Assembly: GCA_045606105.1 (NCBI GenBank)
Contig: JAZURI010000011.1
Location: 32,001 to 96,000 of the forward strand
Direction of reading: 5' to 3'
Source: Spirochaetia bacterium
Lineage (GTDB): Bacteria > Spirochaetota > Spirochaetia > CADAEX01
DNA: 64,000 nucleotides
The position numbers were made by a program, and so were the translations under genes. The notes below the pieces were generated by a model, which did not search any database, had not been told where the DNA came from, and worked only from the letters and a program-made list of their open reading frames with translations. Shown in pieces: positions 30,641 through 41,196 of the stretch; within the stretch, counting starts at the first letter, position 1; every line of letters starts with the position of its first letter.

Positions 30641-32464
30641 ATGAATCCCGAAAACATAAGAAATATTGCAATAATAGCCCATGTAGACCATGGAAAGACC
30701 ACCCTTGTGGATGCCATGTTCAGGCAGAGCGGAATGGTTGCCGGCATGGATAAGATGGGCGACAGGATAATGGACAGCGGAGAGATCGAGCGGGAGAGAG
30801 GTATCACCATCTCGGCAAAGAACTGCGAGGTCGTATGGAAGGATACAAAGATAAACATTCTCGACACACCGGGACATGCAGATTTCGGCGGCGAGGTTGA
30901 AAGAGCCCTTTCCATGGTGGACGGAGTGGTACTGCTGGTGGATGCGGCGGAAGGTCCCCTTCCCCAGACAAGATTTGTCCTGCAGAAGGCCCTGTCACTG
31001 GGACTCAGACTTATCATACTGGTAAACAAGATAGACAGGGAGGATGCCCGCCCCGAAGAGGTATACAACGAGGTACTGGAGCTGCTTCTGGAGCTGGAGG
31101 CAGATGATTCCTACCTGGATTCTCCGGTTCTCTATGCCAACGGAAGAAGAGGTATTGCAAAAAGAAGCCTTGAGGATGAATCGGACAACCTGGCTCCTCT
31201 CATGGATACTGTGGTGGAGCATATTCCGGCCCCGGAATGCAGCCCTGAGGAGCCTTTCAGTATGGTGGTGGCAGATCTTGATTATTCCGATTATCTGGGC
31301 CGCATGGCTATCGGCAAGATCAAGGGAGGCCGCGTTTCCCTCAACGACAGGCTGGTAAGCATCGGTGCCGGAAATGCGGTAAAGCCCATAAAGGTATCCC
31401 AGCTGCAGGTCTACAAGGGAACATCCCTGGAGCCGGCAGATTCGGTTTCGGCCGGAGATATTGTCATCATGGCAGGTGTCAGCGACATCTTTATCGGAGA
31501 TACCATCTGCAGCGCCGCCGAACCGAAGGCATTGCCGAGGATAGAAATAGATGAGCCTACTGTTTCCATGAGATTTCTTCCTAACTCCTCTCCCCTTTCG
31601 GGCAGGGAAGGAAAAATCGTACAGGGAAGCAAGATTCTAGAAAGACTCAGAAAAGAGGGGCTGCGTAATGTTGCCCTCCAGATAGAGGAGGCCACCGATA
31701 ACGAAGGGGGCTATATAGTAAAGGGAAGAGGCGAATTCCAGATGGCCATCCTTATCGAGACCATGAGGAGGGAGGGCTTTGAATTCTGTGTGGGCAGACC
31801 TAAGGTAATCTTCAGGACCGACAGCAACGGAAAAAAGCTGGAGCCGATGGAAAGGGTCACAATCAGCGTCAGCAAGGATTATGCCGGAGTGGTTTCCGAA
31901 ACCCTGATGCAGAGAAAGGGAATAATAGAAAACTATTCATCAGCCCAGGGGGATCATGTAATCATGGAATTTGCCATTCCGTCCAGATCTCTTATCGGAT
32001 ACAGGGACAAGTTCCTTACAGATACAAAGGGAACAGGAATAATGAACTCCTATTTCACAGGCTACGGAGAATACAAGGGTGACTTTGCCTCAAGACTGAC
32101 AGGCTCATTGGTAGCAGACAGAAGCGGAGAGGCAGTGGCTTACGGAATCTTCAACCTGGAGCCGAGAGGAAAGATGTTCATTGTACCGGGAGATCCGGTT
32201 TACGAAGGAATGATCGTAGGAGAACACAACAGGGAATATGACCTTTACCTGAACCCGACAAAAACCAAGCAGCTTTCAAACATGAGAGCCTCAGGAAAGG
32301 ACACCAACGTTATCCTTACACCGGTGCTTCCCATGACACCGGAAAGAGCCCTGAACCTGATCCGGGATGACGAGCTGGTGGAAATAACTCCCCTTTCGGT
32401 ACGACTCAGAAAAAAGATCCTGAGCCGTCTTGAAAGAAAAAAGACTGAACGCTTCGAGGATTAA
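30641..32464 (+). CDS. typA: Translational GTPase TypA/BipA
   Basis: IRNIAIIAHVDHGKTTLVD, ERERGITI, DTPGHADFGGEVER, NKID, DELVEITP; start at ATG 30641. Confidence 0.97.
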   Translation: MNPENIRNIAIIAHVDHGKTTLVDAMFRQSGMVAGMDKMGDRIMDSGEIERERGITISAKNCEVVWKDTKINILDTPGHADFGGEVERALSMVDGVVLLVDAAEGPLPQTRFVLQKALSLGLRLIILVNKIDREDARPEEVYNEVLELLLELEADDSYLDSPVLYANGRRGIAKRSLEDESDNLAPLMDTVVEHIPAPECSPEEPFSMVVADLDYSDYLGRMAIGKIKGGRVSLNDRLVSIGAGNAVKPIKVSQLQVYKGTSLEPADSVSAGDIVIMAGVSDIFIGDTICSAAEPKALPRIEIDEPTVSMRFLPNSSPLSGREGKIVQGSKILERLRKEGLRNVALQIEEATDNEGGYIVKGRGEFQMAILIETMRREGFEFCVGRPKVIFRTDSNGKKLEPMERVTISVSKDYAGVVSETLMQRKGIIENYSSAQGDHVIMEFAIPSRSLIGYRDKFLTDTKGTGIMNSYFTGYGEYKGDFASRLTGSLVADRSGEAVAYGIFNLEPRGKMFIVPGDPVYEGMIVGEHNREYDLYLNPTKTKQLSNMRASGKDTNVILTPVLPMTPERALNLIRDDELVEITPLSVRLRKKILSRLERKKTERFED

Positions 32465-34589
32465 CCCTTTTTAACAGACCTGTATTTCCTGAGCCTGAGA
32501 GCATTGGTCACCACCGACAGGGATGATAACGACATGGCTGCGGCTGCCAGCATAGGATTGAGAAGGATTCCTGTAAAGGGATACAGGATACCGGCAGCAA
32601 TGGGAAGCCCCAGCACATTGTAGCCGAATGCCCAGATAAGGTTCTGCTTGATATTGCCCATGACATGGCGGCTCAGGTTAACAGCCTCGCTTACTCCTCT
32701 GATATCGTCACTTACAAGAACTATGTGGGCCAGATCCTTGGTACAGTCGGCCCCGGCACCCACAGCAATGCTGACATCAGCTTCAGCCATGGCTACCGCA
32801 TCGTTTATACCGTCTCCTGCCATTGCAATGACAGAATTGTCCTTTTTCCATTTTTTCAGTCTGGAAGCCTTGTCCTCAGGCAGCATTGAGGCATGGAATT
32901 CCTCTATACCCACCTGCTCTGAAACAACGGCTGCACTTTTCCTGTTGTCCCCTGTAAGAAGAACCGGCTTGATTCCGTGCTCCTTCAGCCATTCCACAGC
33001 TTCACGGCTTTCAGGCTTGACCACATCGGAAAGAGCTATTATTCCGGCAAATCTTGAATCCACAGCCACATAGATAAGGGTCTTGCCCTGGTTATAGAGC
33101 GCCTCTTCTCCCTTGAAGCTGATTTTTACCTTGTTTTCCTCCAGGAAGCCCCGGTTTCCTACCAGAAGACTTTTTTCTCCGGCATTACATCTGATTCCCT
33201 TACCGGTAACCGAATTGAAATGGGATACCTGATACGGAGTTATATTCTTTTCCGAGGCATGGTTCACCACTGCACTTCCCAGGGGATGCTCCGAGTCCTT
33301 TTCCGCCCCTGCAGCCAGGGCCAGAAACTCGTTTTTATCCATTCCGTCGGTTATGATATCGGTAACAAAAGGCTTTCCCTTTGTCAGGGTACCGGTCTTG
33401 TCAAAGGCAACAGTTCTGACAGATGACAGGGTTTCGAATACTGCGGCATTCTTGAAAAGGAGTCCCAGCTCGGAGCCGCGGCCTATTCCTGTAATTACAG
33501 CCACCGGAGTAGCCAGACCGAGAGAGCATGGGCAGGCCATTACCAGAACCGAAACAAAAATCCTTACTACAAAATCTATTTCTTTTCCGACAAAGAACCA
33601 TATTCCGGCTGCAACCAGGGCAAAGGCCATAACAGCAACGGTAAACCAGCCCGATACCTTGTCGGCCAGACGGGCAATTTCAGGCTTGGAGCTCTGGGCC
33701 TTTTCCACCATGGAAATGATACCGGCCAGAACTGTGTCCCGCCCTACCTTTTCGGCACGGAAACGGAAACTTCCATTAAGGTTTATGGTTCCTCCGATAA
33801 CCTTTTCACCCGGCTTTTTCTCCACCGGCATGCTTTCTCCGGTAAGAAGAGCCTCGTCCACATGGGAGAAGCCCTCGGTTACCACACCGTCAACAGCGAT
33901 TCTGTTTCCCGGCTTCACAACCACTATATCTCCGGGAAAAATATCGTAGGAAAAAACCTCGGTTTCAACACTTCCCCTGAGAACCGTAACCTTGTCGGGA
34001 ATAAGGTCGGTAAGCTTCCGGAGTGCATCACCGGTTCTGGCTACCGAAACGCTTTCAAGATACTTTCCGAACATCACCAGGGTAATGATTACCGCCACAC
34101 TGTCGAAATAACCGTAGAAAAAGGAGGCCGTGGTACTGACAGCCACAAGACTGTCCATATTAGGTGAAAAGCGGAGAAGATTTCTGTAGCCTTTGATATA
34201 GAAGCTCCTCCCGATAATCATTACGGGAACAGCTAAAAGAAACGAAAAGATTTTTACCATATTTCCGGGAAGATCCAGAAACATGGAACTCATTGAAAGA
34301 AGGAAAAGGGGAACCGTAAAAAGAAAAACTGAAACAAGCCTTGTTTTAGCCTGCTTCAGTTCTTTTTTTTTTCACCCTCTATATCTTCGACAACAGTAAA
34401 GCCTGCTGCCTCAATAGTTTCGCGGAACTTGTCCACAGAAACTTTTTTTTCATTATATTCTATTTCTGCCTTTGCAGCTGCAAGATTAACCGAAACCGAT
34501 ATAACTCCATCAAGTTTACCAAGTACCCTTTCACAAGCCGAAGAACATCCGGCACAACGCATTCCTGCAATCTGCAATGTAGTTTTCAT
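32461..34589 (-). CDS. copA: Cu(+)-type P1B ATPase; full-length product requires a -1 frameshift at 34362-34372
   Basis: TGES, CPC, DKTGT, HP, GDGIND, YN, MSLSS in the 32461-34293 frame. That frame is open up to the A10 run (ELKQAKTRLVSVFLFTVPLFLLSM = first TM helix) and joins the upstream HMA-domain ORF by a -1 shift. Confidence 0.85.
34318..34372 (-). other. Candidate -1 slippery site (A10 / A_AAA_AAG) plus 14-bp stem-loop and U-tract
   Basis: Minus strand A10-G-AACTGAAGCAGGCT-AAAACAA-GGCTTGTTTCAGTT-TTTCTTTTT. Confidence 0.7.
34356..34589 (-). CDS. copZ: Heavy-metal-associated domain protein, CopZ-like (zero-frame product of copA)
   Basis: 77 aa, GMRCAGC metal-binding motif, VSVNLA, IEAAGF. 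Confidence 0.8.
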   Translation of the reverse strand: MKTTLQIAGMRCAGCSSACERVLGKLDGVISVSVNLAAAKAEIEYNEKKVSVDKFRETIEAAGFTVVEDIEGEKKKN

Positions 34590-34611
34590 ATCTTTAATTT
34601 AGCAGAAATAC

Positions 34612-34650
34612 AAAAAAAAAGCAACATTCCGCAAGGAAATGTTGCCTTTT
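34612..34650 (-). terminator. Intrinsic terminator after glnA
   Basis: Minus strand GCAACATTTCC-TTGC-GGAATGTTGC followed by T9. Confidence 0.85.
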
Positions 34651-34667
34651 ATCAATTTTAGAACAAA

Positions 34668-36092
34668 TCAGCAGTTGAAGTAGGAGTCAAATTCTGCAGG
34701 ATGCGGAATCTGATTGATCTTCATAACTTCTGCTCTCTTTGTCTTGATGAAGTTTTTAATAAGTTCTTCAGGGAATACTCCGCCTGCTGTCAGGTAGTCA
34801 TGATCCTTCTCAAGAGCTGTAAGTGCATCTTCAAGGCGTGTAGGAAGCTGCTTGAGCTTTGCCTTCTGCTTCTCAGGGAGATTGTAAAGGTTGAAATCGA
34901 AAGGACCCCATCCGTTTGCCTTAGGATCGATCTTGTTCTTGATTCCGTCAAGACCTGCCATAAGGATTGCAGCATAAGCGAAATATGGGTTACATGTTGC
35001 ATCAGGGTTTCTGATTTCGAAACGGCGCATCTTAGGTGTCTTTGCATAAGCAGGGATACGGATTACAGCTGAGCGGTTTGATGTGGCATAACCAACTGTT
35101 ACAGGTGCCTCGAAGCCCGGTACAAGTCTCTTGAATGAGTTTGTGCTTGGGTTTGTGATGGCACAGAGTGAGTTGATGTGCTTGAGAAGACCGCCGATGA
35201 AGTAATGAGCTGTCTCGCTGAGATGTGAATATCCGTTGTCATCTGAGAAAACCGGTTCTCCGTCCTTGAGGAGGAGCATGTGGACATGCATACCGCTTCC
35301 TGCTTCGCCGAATACAGGCTTTGGCATGAAGGTTGCAGTCTTTCCGTATTTTGCAGCAACGTTGCGGATGATGTACTTGATGTTCATTGTAGCATCTGCC
35401 ATCTTTGACATAGGTCCCAGCTTAGGCTCGATCTCGAACTGTCCGGAAGCACCAACTTCAGGATGATGATATTTTACCTCAACACCTGTCTTTTCGATTT
35501 CAAGACACATTTCGCTTCTTGCATCGTAGCTTGTATCGAGAGGCTTTGCAATGTGATAGGCCTTCTGGTGTCCGATTACGTTTCCGAGACCTTCTGTTGC
35601 TGTATTCCAAGGAGCCTGCTCTGAATCAACGGCTGCACTGATATTGTTATGGCTTACTTCCCAGGCTGCTTCGTCAAAAAGATAGAACTCGAATTCAGGA
35701 AGAATCATCATTGTGTCTGCAATACCTGTATCCTTCATGTACTGCTCTGCCGCACGTACGATGTTTCTTGGGTACTGTGCCAGAGGACGGTTGTTAGGAT
35801 AGTCGATGATCATTGCGTTTCCTGTCATGGAAAGAGTAGGAATTTCGCAGAACGGGTCGATGAGTGCTGTGTCCGGGTCCGGAATGAAAACCATGTCTGA
35901 TTTTTCAACAACCGCATAACCGTAGTTTGATGCATCAAATCCGATTCCTTCCTTGAGGATATCTTCATTGAAGTGGTTAGCAGGAATTGTTACATGGCGG
36001 TACTGACCGTTGATATCCACCATCTTAAAGTCTACCATTTTGATGTCATTGGCCTTGATAAGCTCAATAATATCTTTTGCTGTTTTTGCCAT
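34668..36092 (-). CDS. glnA: Glutamine synthetase type I
   Basis: GFDASN, HHPEV..GQFEI, TFMPKP, GSGMHVH, KRLVPGFEAP, NRSAVIRIP, NLY adenylylation-site motif. Confidence 0.96.
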   Translation of the reverse strand: MAKTAKDIIELIKANDIKMVDFKMVDINGQYRHVTIPANHFNEDILKEGIGFDASNYGYAVVEKSDMVFIPDPDTALIDPFCEIPTLSMTGNAMIIDYPNNRPLAQYPRNIVRAAEQYMKDTGIADTMMILPEFEFYLFDEAAWEVSHNNISAAVDSEQAPWNTATEGLGNVIGHQKAYHIAKPLDTSYDARSEMCLEIEKTGVEVKYHHPEVGASGQFEIEPKLGPMSKMADATMNIKYIIRNVAAKYGKTATFMPKPVFGEAGSGMHVHMLLLKDGEPVFSDDNGYSHLSETAHYFIGGLLKHINSLCAITNPSTNSFKRLVPGFEAPVTVGYATSNRSAVIRIPAYAKTPKMRRFEIRNPDATCNPYFAYAAILMAGLDGIKNKIDPKANGWGPFDFNLYNLPEKQKAKLKQLPTRLEDALTALEKDHDYLTAGGVFPEELIKNFIKTKRAEVMKINQIPHPAEFDSYFNC

Positions 36093-36169
36093 AATTTATC
36101 CTTAAAATAAAATTTCAGAATTTTTGTGATGCTATTTTATATTAATTATTATATCATTACAATAAATTT

Positions 36170-38740
36170 TCAGCTAAAAATTAAATTTCCGTCCTTTTCA
36201 TCCACAAAAACATCGGTTCTGTTTCCATATTCCCCTGCCAGTATCCTTTTTGCCAGCTCATTCTGAACCATGCTCTGGATTGTCCTTTTAAGAGGTCTGG
36301 CACCGAAATCGGGCTGATATCCTTCCCTGACAAGGAGCTTCTTTGCATTTTCGCTGACTGTGAGGTTCAGCTTTCTTCCCCTGAGCCGCTGTGCCAGCTT
36401 CTCCAGTTCTATATCCACGATCTTCACTATCTGATCCTCTCCCAGCCTGTTGAACATGATGATTTCGTCAATCCTGTTGAGGAATTCGGGTCTGAAGGTG
36501 TGCCTGAGAAGATCATCGATCCTTCCTCTTGCATCCTCCGGGTTTTCCGCACCGAGAATAAAGTCGCTTCCCAGGTTGCTGGTCATGATGATGATGGTAT
36601 TCCTGAAATCCACCACCCTTCCCTGACCGTCGGTAAGCCTTCCGTCATCCAGGAGCTGCAGCATAACGTTGAAGACATCGGGATGGGCCTTCTCTATCTC
36701 GTCAAAAAGGATAACGGAATAAGGTCTTCTCCTGACTGCCTCCGTAAGCTGGCCACCCTGGTCATAGCCCACATATCCCGGAGGGGCTCCGATAAGCCTG
36801 GATACCGAATGCTTCTCCATGTACTCGCTCATGTCGATACGGGTAAGGGAGTGCTCGTCGTTGAAAAGGAATTCGGCCAGCGCCTTGGCCAGCTCGGTCT
36901 TTCCCACGCCGGTAGGGCCCAGGAAAATAAAGGTTCCCAGAGGTCTTCCCTCCTCGGAAAGGCCGGCCTTGTTTCTCCTGATGGCATCCGAAACCACCTT
37001 GATAGCCTTGTCCTGTCCCACTACCCTTGCGGAAAGGGTGCTTTCCAGCCTGATGTATTTCTCTATTTCGGAAGCCATCATCCTGGTTACCGGGATTCCT
37101 GTCCAGGCCGAAACAACACGGGCTATATCCTCTTCGCCTACCTCCTCCTGAAGCATGCTGCTCTCGCCCTGGATCTTCTGGAGCTCAAGGCTTTTTTCAT
37201 CACGCTCCCTGGTTACCTGAGGAATAAGACCGTGCTTGATTTCCGCCGCTTTGGTAAGGTTTCCCTCCCTTTCGAACCTGGCCTCCTCCGATTTAAGGTC
37301 CTCCAGCTTCTGTTTAAGGGCACGGAGCTCCTCGATGGCGCTCTTTTCGTTCTTCCACTGCAGCTTCATGGCACCCTGCTTTTCCTTCAGCTCGGCCAGC
37401 TCCTTGTCGATATTGGCCATCCGGGCCATGGAATCACCGTCGGTTTCCCTGGACAGGGCATGCTTCTCGATATCCAGCTGCAGGATCTTTCTCTCGATCT
37501 TGTCCAGCTCGGTAGGCTGGCTTTCAATCTCCATCTTCAGCTTGCTGGCCGCCTCGTCCATAAGGTCGATGGCCTTGTCGGGAAGGAACCTGGAGGTAAT
37601 GTACCTGTCGGAAAGGACTGCAGAGGCAATGATGGCCTCATCCTTGATGCGGACACCGTGATGGAGCTCGTACCTGTCCTTCAGTCCCCTGAGGATAGCA
37701 ATGGTATCCTCAACCGTAGGCTCCTTGGCATAGACTGTCTGGAAACGCCTTTCAAAGGCAGCATCCTTTTCGATATATTTCCTGTACTCATCCAGGGTGG
37801 TGGCACCGATACAGCGGAGTTCTCCTCTGGCCAGGGCCGGCTTCAGCAGGTTGCTGGCATCCATGGCCCCCTCTGCGGCACCGGCACCCATAAGGGTGTG
37901 AAGCTCGTCGATAAAGAGAATGATACCGCCGTTGCTGTCGGTAATCTCCTTCAGCACTGCCTTGAGACGCTCCTCAAATTCTCCCCTGAACTTGGCACCT
38001 GCCACAAGAGCCCCCATATCAAGGGCCAGAAGCTGCTTGTTGCGCAGGGATTCGGGAACATCCCCTGCCACTATACGCCTGGCAAGTCCCTCAACCACAG
38101 CAGTCTTTCCTACACCGGGCTCTCCGATAAGGACCGGATTGTTCTTGGTTCTTCTGGAAAGAACCTGCATGATACGCCTGATCTCCTCATCACGGCCGAT
38201 AACCGGGTCCAGCTTGTCCCGTCTTGCCAGCTCGGTAAGGTCGCGGCAGTATTTTTCCAGGCTCCGGAACTTGTTTTCGGGATCCTGGTCGGTAACCCGC
38301 TGGTTGCCCCTTATGGACTGAAGAGCCCTGAGAATGGTGTCACGGTTTATTCCGTTTTCCGAAAGAAGCCTTCCGCAGCCGGTATCTGACATGGCAACAG
38401 CCATGAAAATATGCTCGGTGCTGATATATTCATCCTTCAGCTTGTCGGCCTCACGACCGGCCTCGGTAATGATACCGTAGGCACTGCTGCTGAAGCCCAC
38501 CATGGCATTTCCGCCATAAGCACGGGCCATTTTCGAAAGCATCTGTTCTGTTTCCGAAACCAGAAGATTCCGGTCAGCCCCCAGCTTGTCCACCAGAGGA
38601 GGAACTATTCCCTCCTGCTGTGTAAGAAGAGCAAGGAGAAGGTGCTCCGGCTCCAGGGCCGGGTGATTGTATTTTTCCGCAAGCTGCTGTGCAGCTCCGA
38701 TTGCATCCTGTGTCTTTAAAGTAAATTTGTTCTGATTCAT
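36170..38740 (-). CDS. clpB: Disaggregase ClpB
   Basis: Two AAA modules ([16 protein letters not shown]), long coiled-coil M domain, GAPPGYVGY. Confidence 0.98.
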   Translation of the reverse strand: MNQNKFTLKTQDAIGAAQQLAEKYNHPALEPEHLLLALLTQQEGIVPPLVDKLGADRNLLVSETEQMLSKMARAYGGNAMVGFSSSAYGIITEAGREADKLKDEYISTEHIFMAVAMSDTGCGRLLSENGINRDTILRALQSIRGNQRVTDQDPENKFRSLEKYCRDLTELARRDKLDPVIGRDEEIRRIMQVLSRRTKNNPVLIGEPGVGKTAVVEGLARRIVAGDVPESLRNKQLLALDMGALVAGAKFRGEFEERLKAVLKEITDSNGGIILFIDELHTLMGAGAAEGAMDASNLLKPALARGELRCIGATTLDEYRKYIEKDAAFERRFQTVYAKEPTVEDTIAILRGLKDRYELHHGVRIKDEAIIASAVLSDRYITSRFLPDKAIDLMDEAASKLKMEIESQPTELDKIERKILQLDIEKHALSRETDGDSMARMANIDKELAELKEKQGAMKLQWKNEKSAIEELRALKQKLEDLKSEEARFEREGNLTKAAEIKHGLIPQVTRERDEKSLELQKIQGESSMLQEEVGEEDIARVVSAWTGIPVTRMMASEIEKYIRLESTLSARVVGQDKAIKVVSDAIRRNKAGLSEEGRPLGTFIFLGPTGVGKTELAKALAEFLFNDEHSLTRIDMSEYMEKHSVSRLIGAPPGYVGYDQGGQLTEAVRRRPYSVILFDEIEKAHPDVFNVMLQLLDDGRLTDGQGRVVDFRNTIIIMTSNLGSDFILGAENPEDARGRIDDLLRHTFRPEFLNRIDEIIMFNRLGEDQIVKIVDIELEKLAQRLRGRKLNLTVSENAKKLLVREGYQPDFGARPLKRTIQSMVQNELAKRILAGEYGNRTDVFVDEKDGNLIFS

Positions 38741-38839
38741 ACCTATAAATTACAAACGAAAAAGAGTAATCGTCAACAGTCAAAAGAAATGGTTGCGGAT
38801 ACGGCAAAATTTGGTTATCATTACATCAAGGGAGGAAAA

Positions 38840-39769
38840 ATGGAAACAACAGCTGATCTCATCATAGCGGGAGCAGGCCCGGCCGGTCTTTCCGCGGCTC
38901 AGTACGGTGCAAGGGCAAATCTCCGTACCATAGTACTGGAAGAGGCTTCGGTGGGAGGGCAGAGTCTCCAGATTACCGAACTTGAAAATTATCCCGGTTT
39001 TGACAGACCTGTCACCGGACAGGAGCTGGCAGAGCACATGCGCCGCCAGGCTGAGAATTTCGGCGTCAGCTTTCTCTCCGCTTCGGTGATATCCGTAAGC
39101 AAGGAAGGTGACATCATCACTGTCAGGACCGATTCCGGAACACTTACCGCCTATGCCCTGATAATTGCCACCGGAGCCACCCACAGGAAGCTTGGGGTAA
39201 AGGGAGAAGCAGAATTTACCGGAAGAGGGGTTTCCTACTGTGCCTCCTGCGACGGAGCTTTTTTCAGGGACAGGAAGATACTGGTAATAGGGGGAGGCGA
39301 TTCTGCCTGTGCGGAGGCCCTCTACCTTTCAAATCTCTCGGACAGGATAATAATGATTCACAGAAAAGATCGTTTCCGTGCCCAGAAAGCCCTGGCCGAC
39401 CGGGTTCTTGCCAACAGGAACATAGAGGTACGCTTCAATACCGTATGCAGGGAAATAACCGGAAGCATGGGGGTGGAGGGAGTCGTACTTGAGGAAAACG
39501 GCATAAGCTACAGCCAGGATACAGATGCGGTTTTCATATTCACCGGTACGGTTCCCAGAAGCGAAAGCTTTCCGGACCTTGAAAAGGAGAGCAGCGGAGC
39601 CATTATCACGGACGAAAGGATGGAGACCTCGGTAAAGGGAATCTTTGCTGCAGGCGATGTGAGGAACACCCCTTTCAGACAGGTGGTTACAGCCTGCGGA
39701 GACGGAGCCGTGGCAGCCCATTATGCCGGTGAGCATGTCTACGGGATAAAAGGGGAAGCCTACATCTGA
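38840..39769 (+). CDS. trxB: Thioredoxin-disulfide reductase
   Basis: GAGPAGLSAA, ENYPGF, GVSYCASCDG, GGGDSA, FAAGD; start at ATG 38840 after GGAGG; promoter TTGCGG-17-TATCAT. Confidence 0.93.
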   Translation: METTADLIIAGAGPAGLSAAQYGARANLRTIVLEEASVGGQSLQITELENYPGFDRPVTGQELAEHMRRQAENFGVSFLSASVISVSKEGDIITVRTDSGTLTAYALIIATGATHRKLGVKGEAEFTGRGVSYCASCDGAFFRDRKILVIGGGDSACAEALYLSNLSDRIIMIHRKDRFRAQKALADRVLANRNIEVRFNTVCREITGSMGVEGVVLEENGISYSQDTDAVFIFTGTVPRSESFPDLEKESSGAIITDERMETSVKGIFAAGDVRNTPFRQVVTACGDGAVAAHYAGEHVYGIKGEAYI

Positions 39770-39770
39770 A

Positions 39771-40640
39771 ATGAGCTGGATACTTACAGAGGATTTCTTT
39801 GCATCTCCGCTGCACCGGGAGCTGAAGGCCTTTCTTACAGCCGAGGAATACAGCTGCATTGACATTACATCCCTTCTGGCCGCCCCGGACTACAATGATA
39901 AAAAGGGTGAATATACCCTTCTTGTACATGTGAGGGACAACGGAAGCCCGGATGCCGTCATATTCATTACAGCCTTCGGGAAGATGATCCCGGTTTTTGC
40001 CGATGATTTCCTGTACAGAAGAAGATATACGGAGGAGCTGCTCCGGCTGGCAGGAGAACGGCTGGAAACAGTTACGGTGATTTCAGGCAAGCCCAGGGCA
40101 GTTGAAACCGCGGCACGGGAATTCAATCCCATGGGAAACCGTATTTTCATCGATTACTACATAATGCAGCTCAGGAAGGAGAATCTTGTCCGGCCGGCCG
40201 CTGCCGAAAACACCAGGGCCCACAAGGGCTCCCTGGTTCACCTCCCCTTTCTCATACCGCTGCAGAAGGAGTATGAAATGGAGGAGGTGCTTCTGAATCC
40301 CGACTATTTTGACCAGATGGAATCAATCCGGTGGCTGAAGGCAATACTGACCAGGGAAATATGCTTTTATTCCATGACCGGACTGAAGTATACCTCCAAG
40401 GCCAATACCAATGCCAGGGGCTTCTGCCATTTCCAGATAGGGGGAGTCTTTACCCACAGGGACTTCAGGGGCCGTGGAATAGGAAAAAATACCGTCCATG
40501 CCCTGTGCAGCCACATTTTCTCACACCACGACATGCATGTATCACTTTTCGTCAAGCAGGACAACGCCTCTGCCATAAAGGCATATACAGACCTGGGTTT
40601 CAGGAACATGAACAGGATGAGAACTATCTATTATTACTGA
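39771..40640 (+). CDS. GNAT family N-acetyltransferase
   Basis: C-terminal QIGGVFTHRDFRGRGIG and NASAIKAYTDLGF. Confidence 0.85.
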   Translation: MSWILTEDFFASPLHRELKAFLTAEEYSCIDITSLLAAPDYNDKKGEYTLLVHVRDNGSPDAVIFITAFGKMIPVFADDFLYRRRYTEELLRLAGERLETVTVISGKPRAVETAAREFNPMGNRIFIDYYIMQLRKENLVRPAAAENTRAHKGSLVHLPFLIPLQKEYEMEEVLLNPDYFDQMESIRWLKAILTREICFYSMTGLKYTSKANTNARGFCHFQIGGVFTHRDFRGRGIGKNTVHALCSHIFSHHDMHVSLFVKQDNASAIKAYTDLGFRNMNRMRTIYYY

Positions 40641-40651
40641 TTTATCCGATA

Positions 40652-41161
40652 TTACCAGCGGTTGAAGGAAATGACCTGATCGGTGCTTTTTCTTGCCTGC
40701 TTCCGGTTTTCATCATCTTTCTCCCCCACAACAAGCAGCATTACCGCCCGCATGGAATAAGGAAGACTGAGAATCTTCATGACAGAGGACTCGTTGAAGG
40801 TGGTAATGACACAGCTGCCGTACCCCTCCTTTTCGGCCTGAAGCATCATGAACGAAACTGCAAATGAAATATCAATGGGATATGAAAGCTGACCGTTGGG
40901 CATGACATATTCCACATTTGTGGAGCAGGCCACGATTACCGCACCGGCATCCCGCACATGTGACTGACCGTATGCAGCCTCTGCTATCCTTTCCTTGAGC
41001 TCAGGATTATCTATAACCACAAAACGCCACGGCTGACGGTTCTTGGCCGACGGAGCAAGCCTTCCGGCTTCGAGAATTCTGCTTAATTTTGAAGGATCCA
41101 GCTCTGTTTTCTTGAATTTTCTGACACTGGACCGATTTTCAATTTCTGGCAACAGTCCCAT
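40652..41161 (-). CDS. Nitroreductase family protein
   Basis: RSSVRKF, APSAKNRQPWRFVV, LQAEKEGYGSC. Confidence 0.92.
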   Translation of the reverse strand: MGLLPEIENRSSVRKFKKTELDPSKLSRILEAGRLAPSAKNRQPWRFVVIDNPELKERIAEAAYGQSHVRDAGAVIVACSTNVEYVMPNGQLSYPIDISFAVSFMMLQAEKEGYGSCVITTFNESSVMKILSLPYSMRAVMLLVVGEKDDENRKQARKSTDQVISFNRW

Positions 41162-41196
41162 AATTCATTATAATCCTTTATTTTATTTGTAGTCAA

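Noticed and set aside
30095-30877. Long N-terminal extensions of typA and pcnB giving an apparent 780-bp head-to-head overlap
   Set aside because: Artefact of the longest-ORF start choice; homologous sequence begins at 30641 (typA) and about 30541 (pcnB), leaving an AT-rich 99-bp divergent gap.
34668-36092. More CGC/CGT Arg codons in glnA than in neighbouring genes (possible transfer)
   Set aside because: AGA is also common; too weak by eye without a codon-usage computation.
36093-36169. GlnR/TnrA-type box upstream of glnA
   Set aside because: No TGTNA-N7-TNACA match; only a plain TTGTAA-17-TAAAAT promoter.
36500-38389. 629-aa plus-strand ORF
   Set aside because: Antisense shadow of clpB; no motifs; expected from codon bias.
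38770-38786. GTCAA direct repeat upstream of clpB resembling a CtsR box
   Set aside because: Period is 7 rather than 10 bp, and one copy is simply the -35 box (TTGACG).
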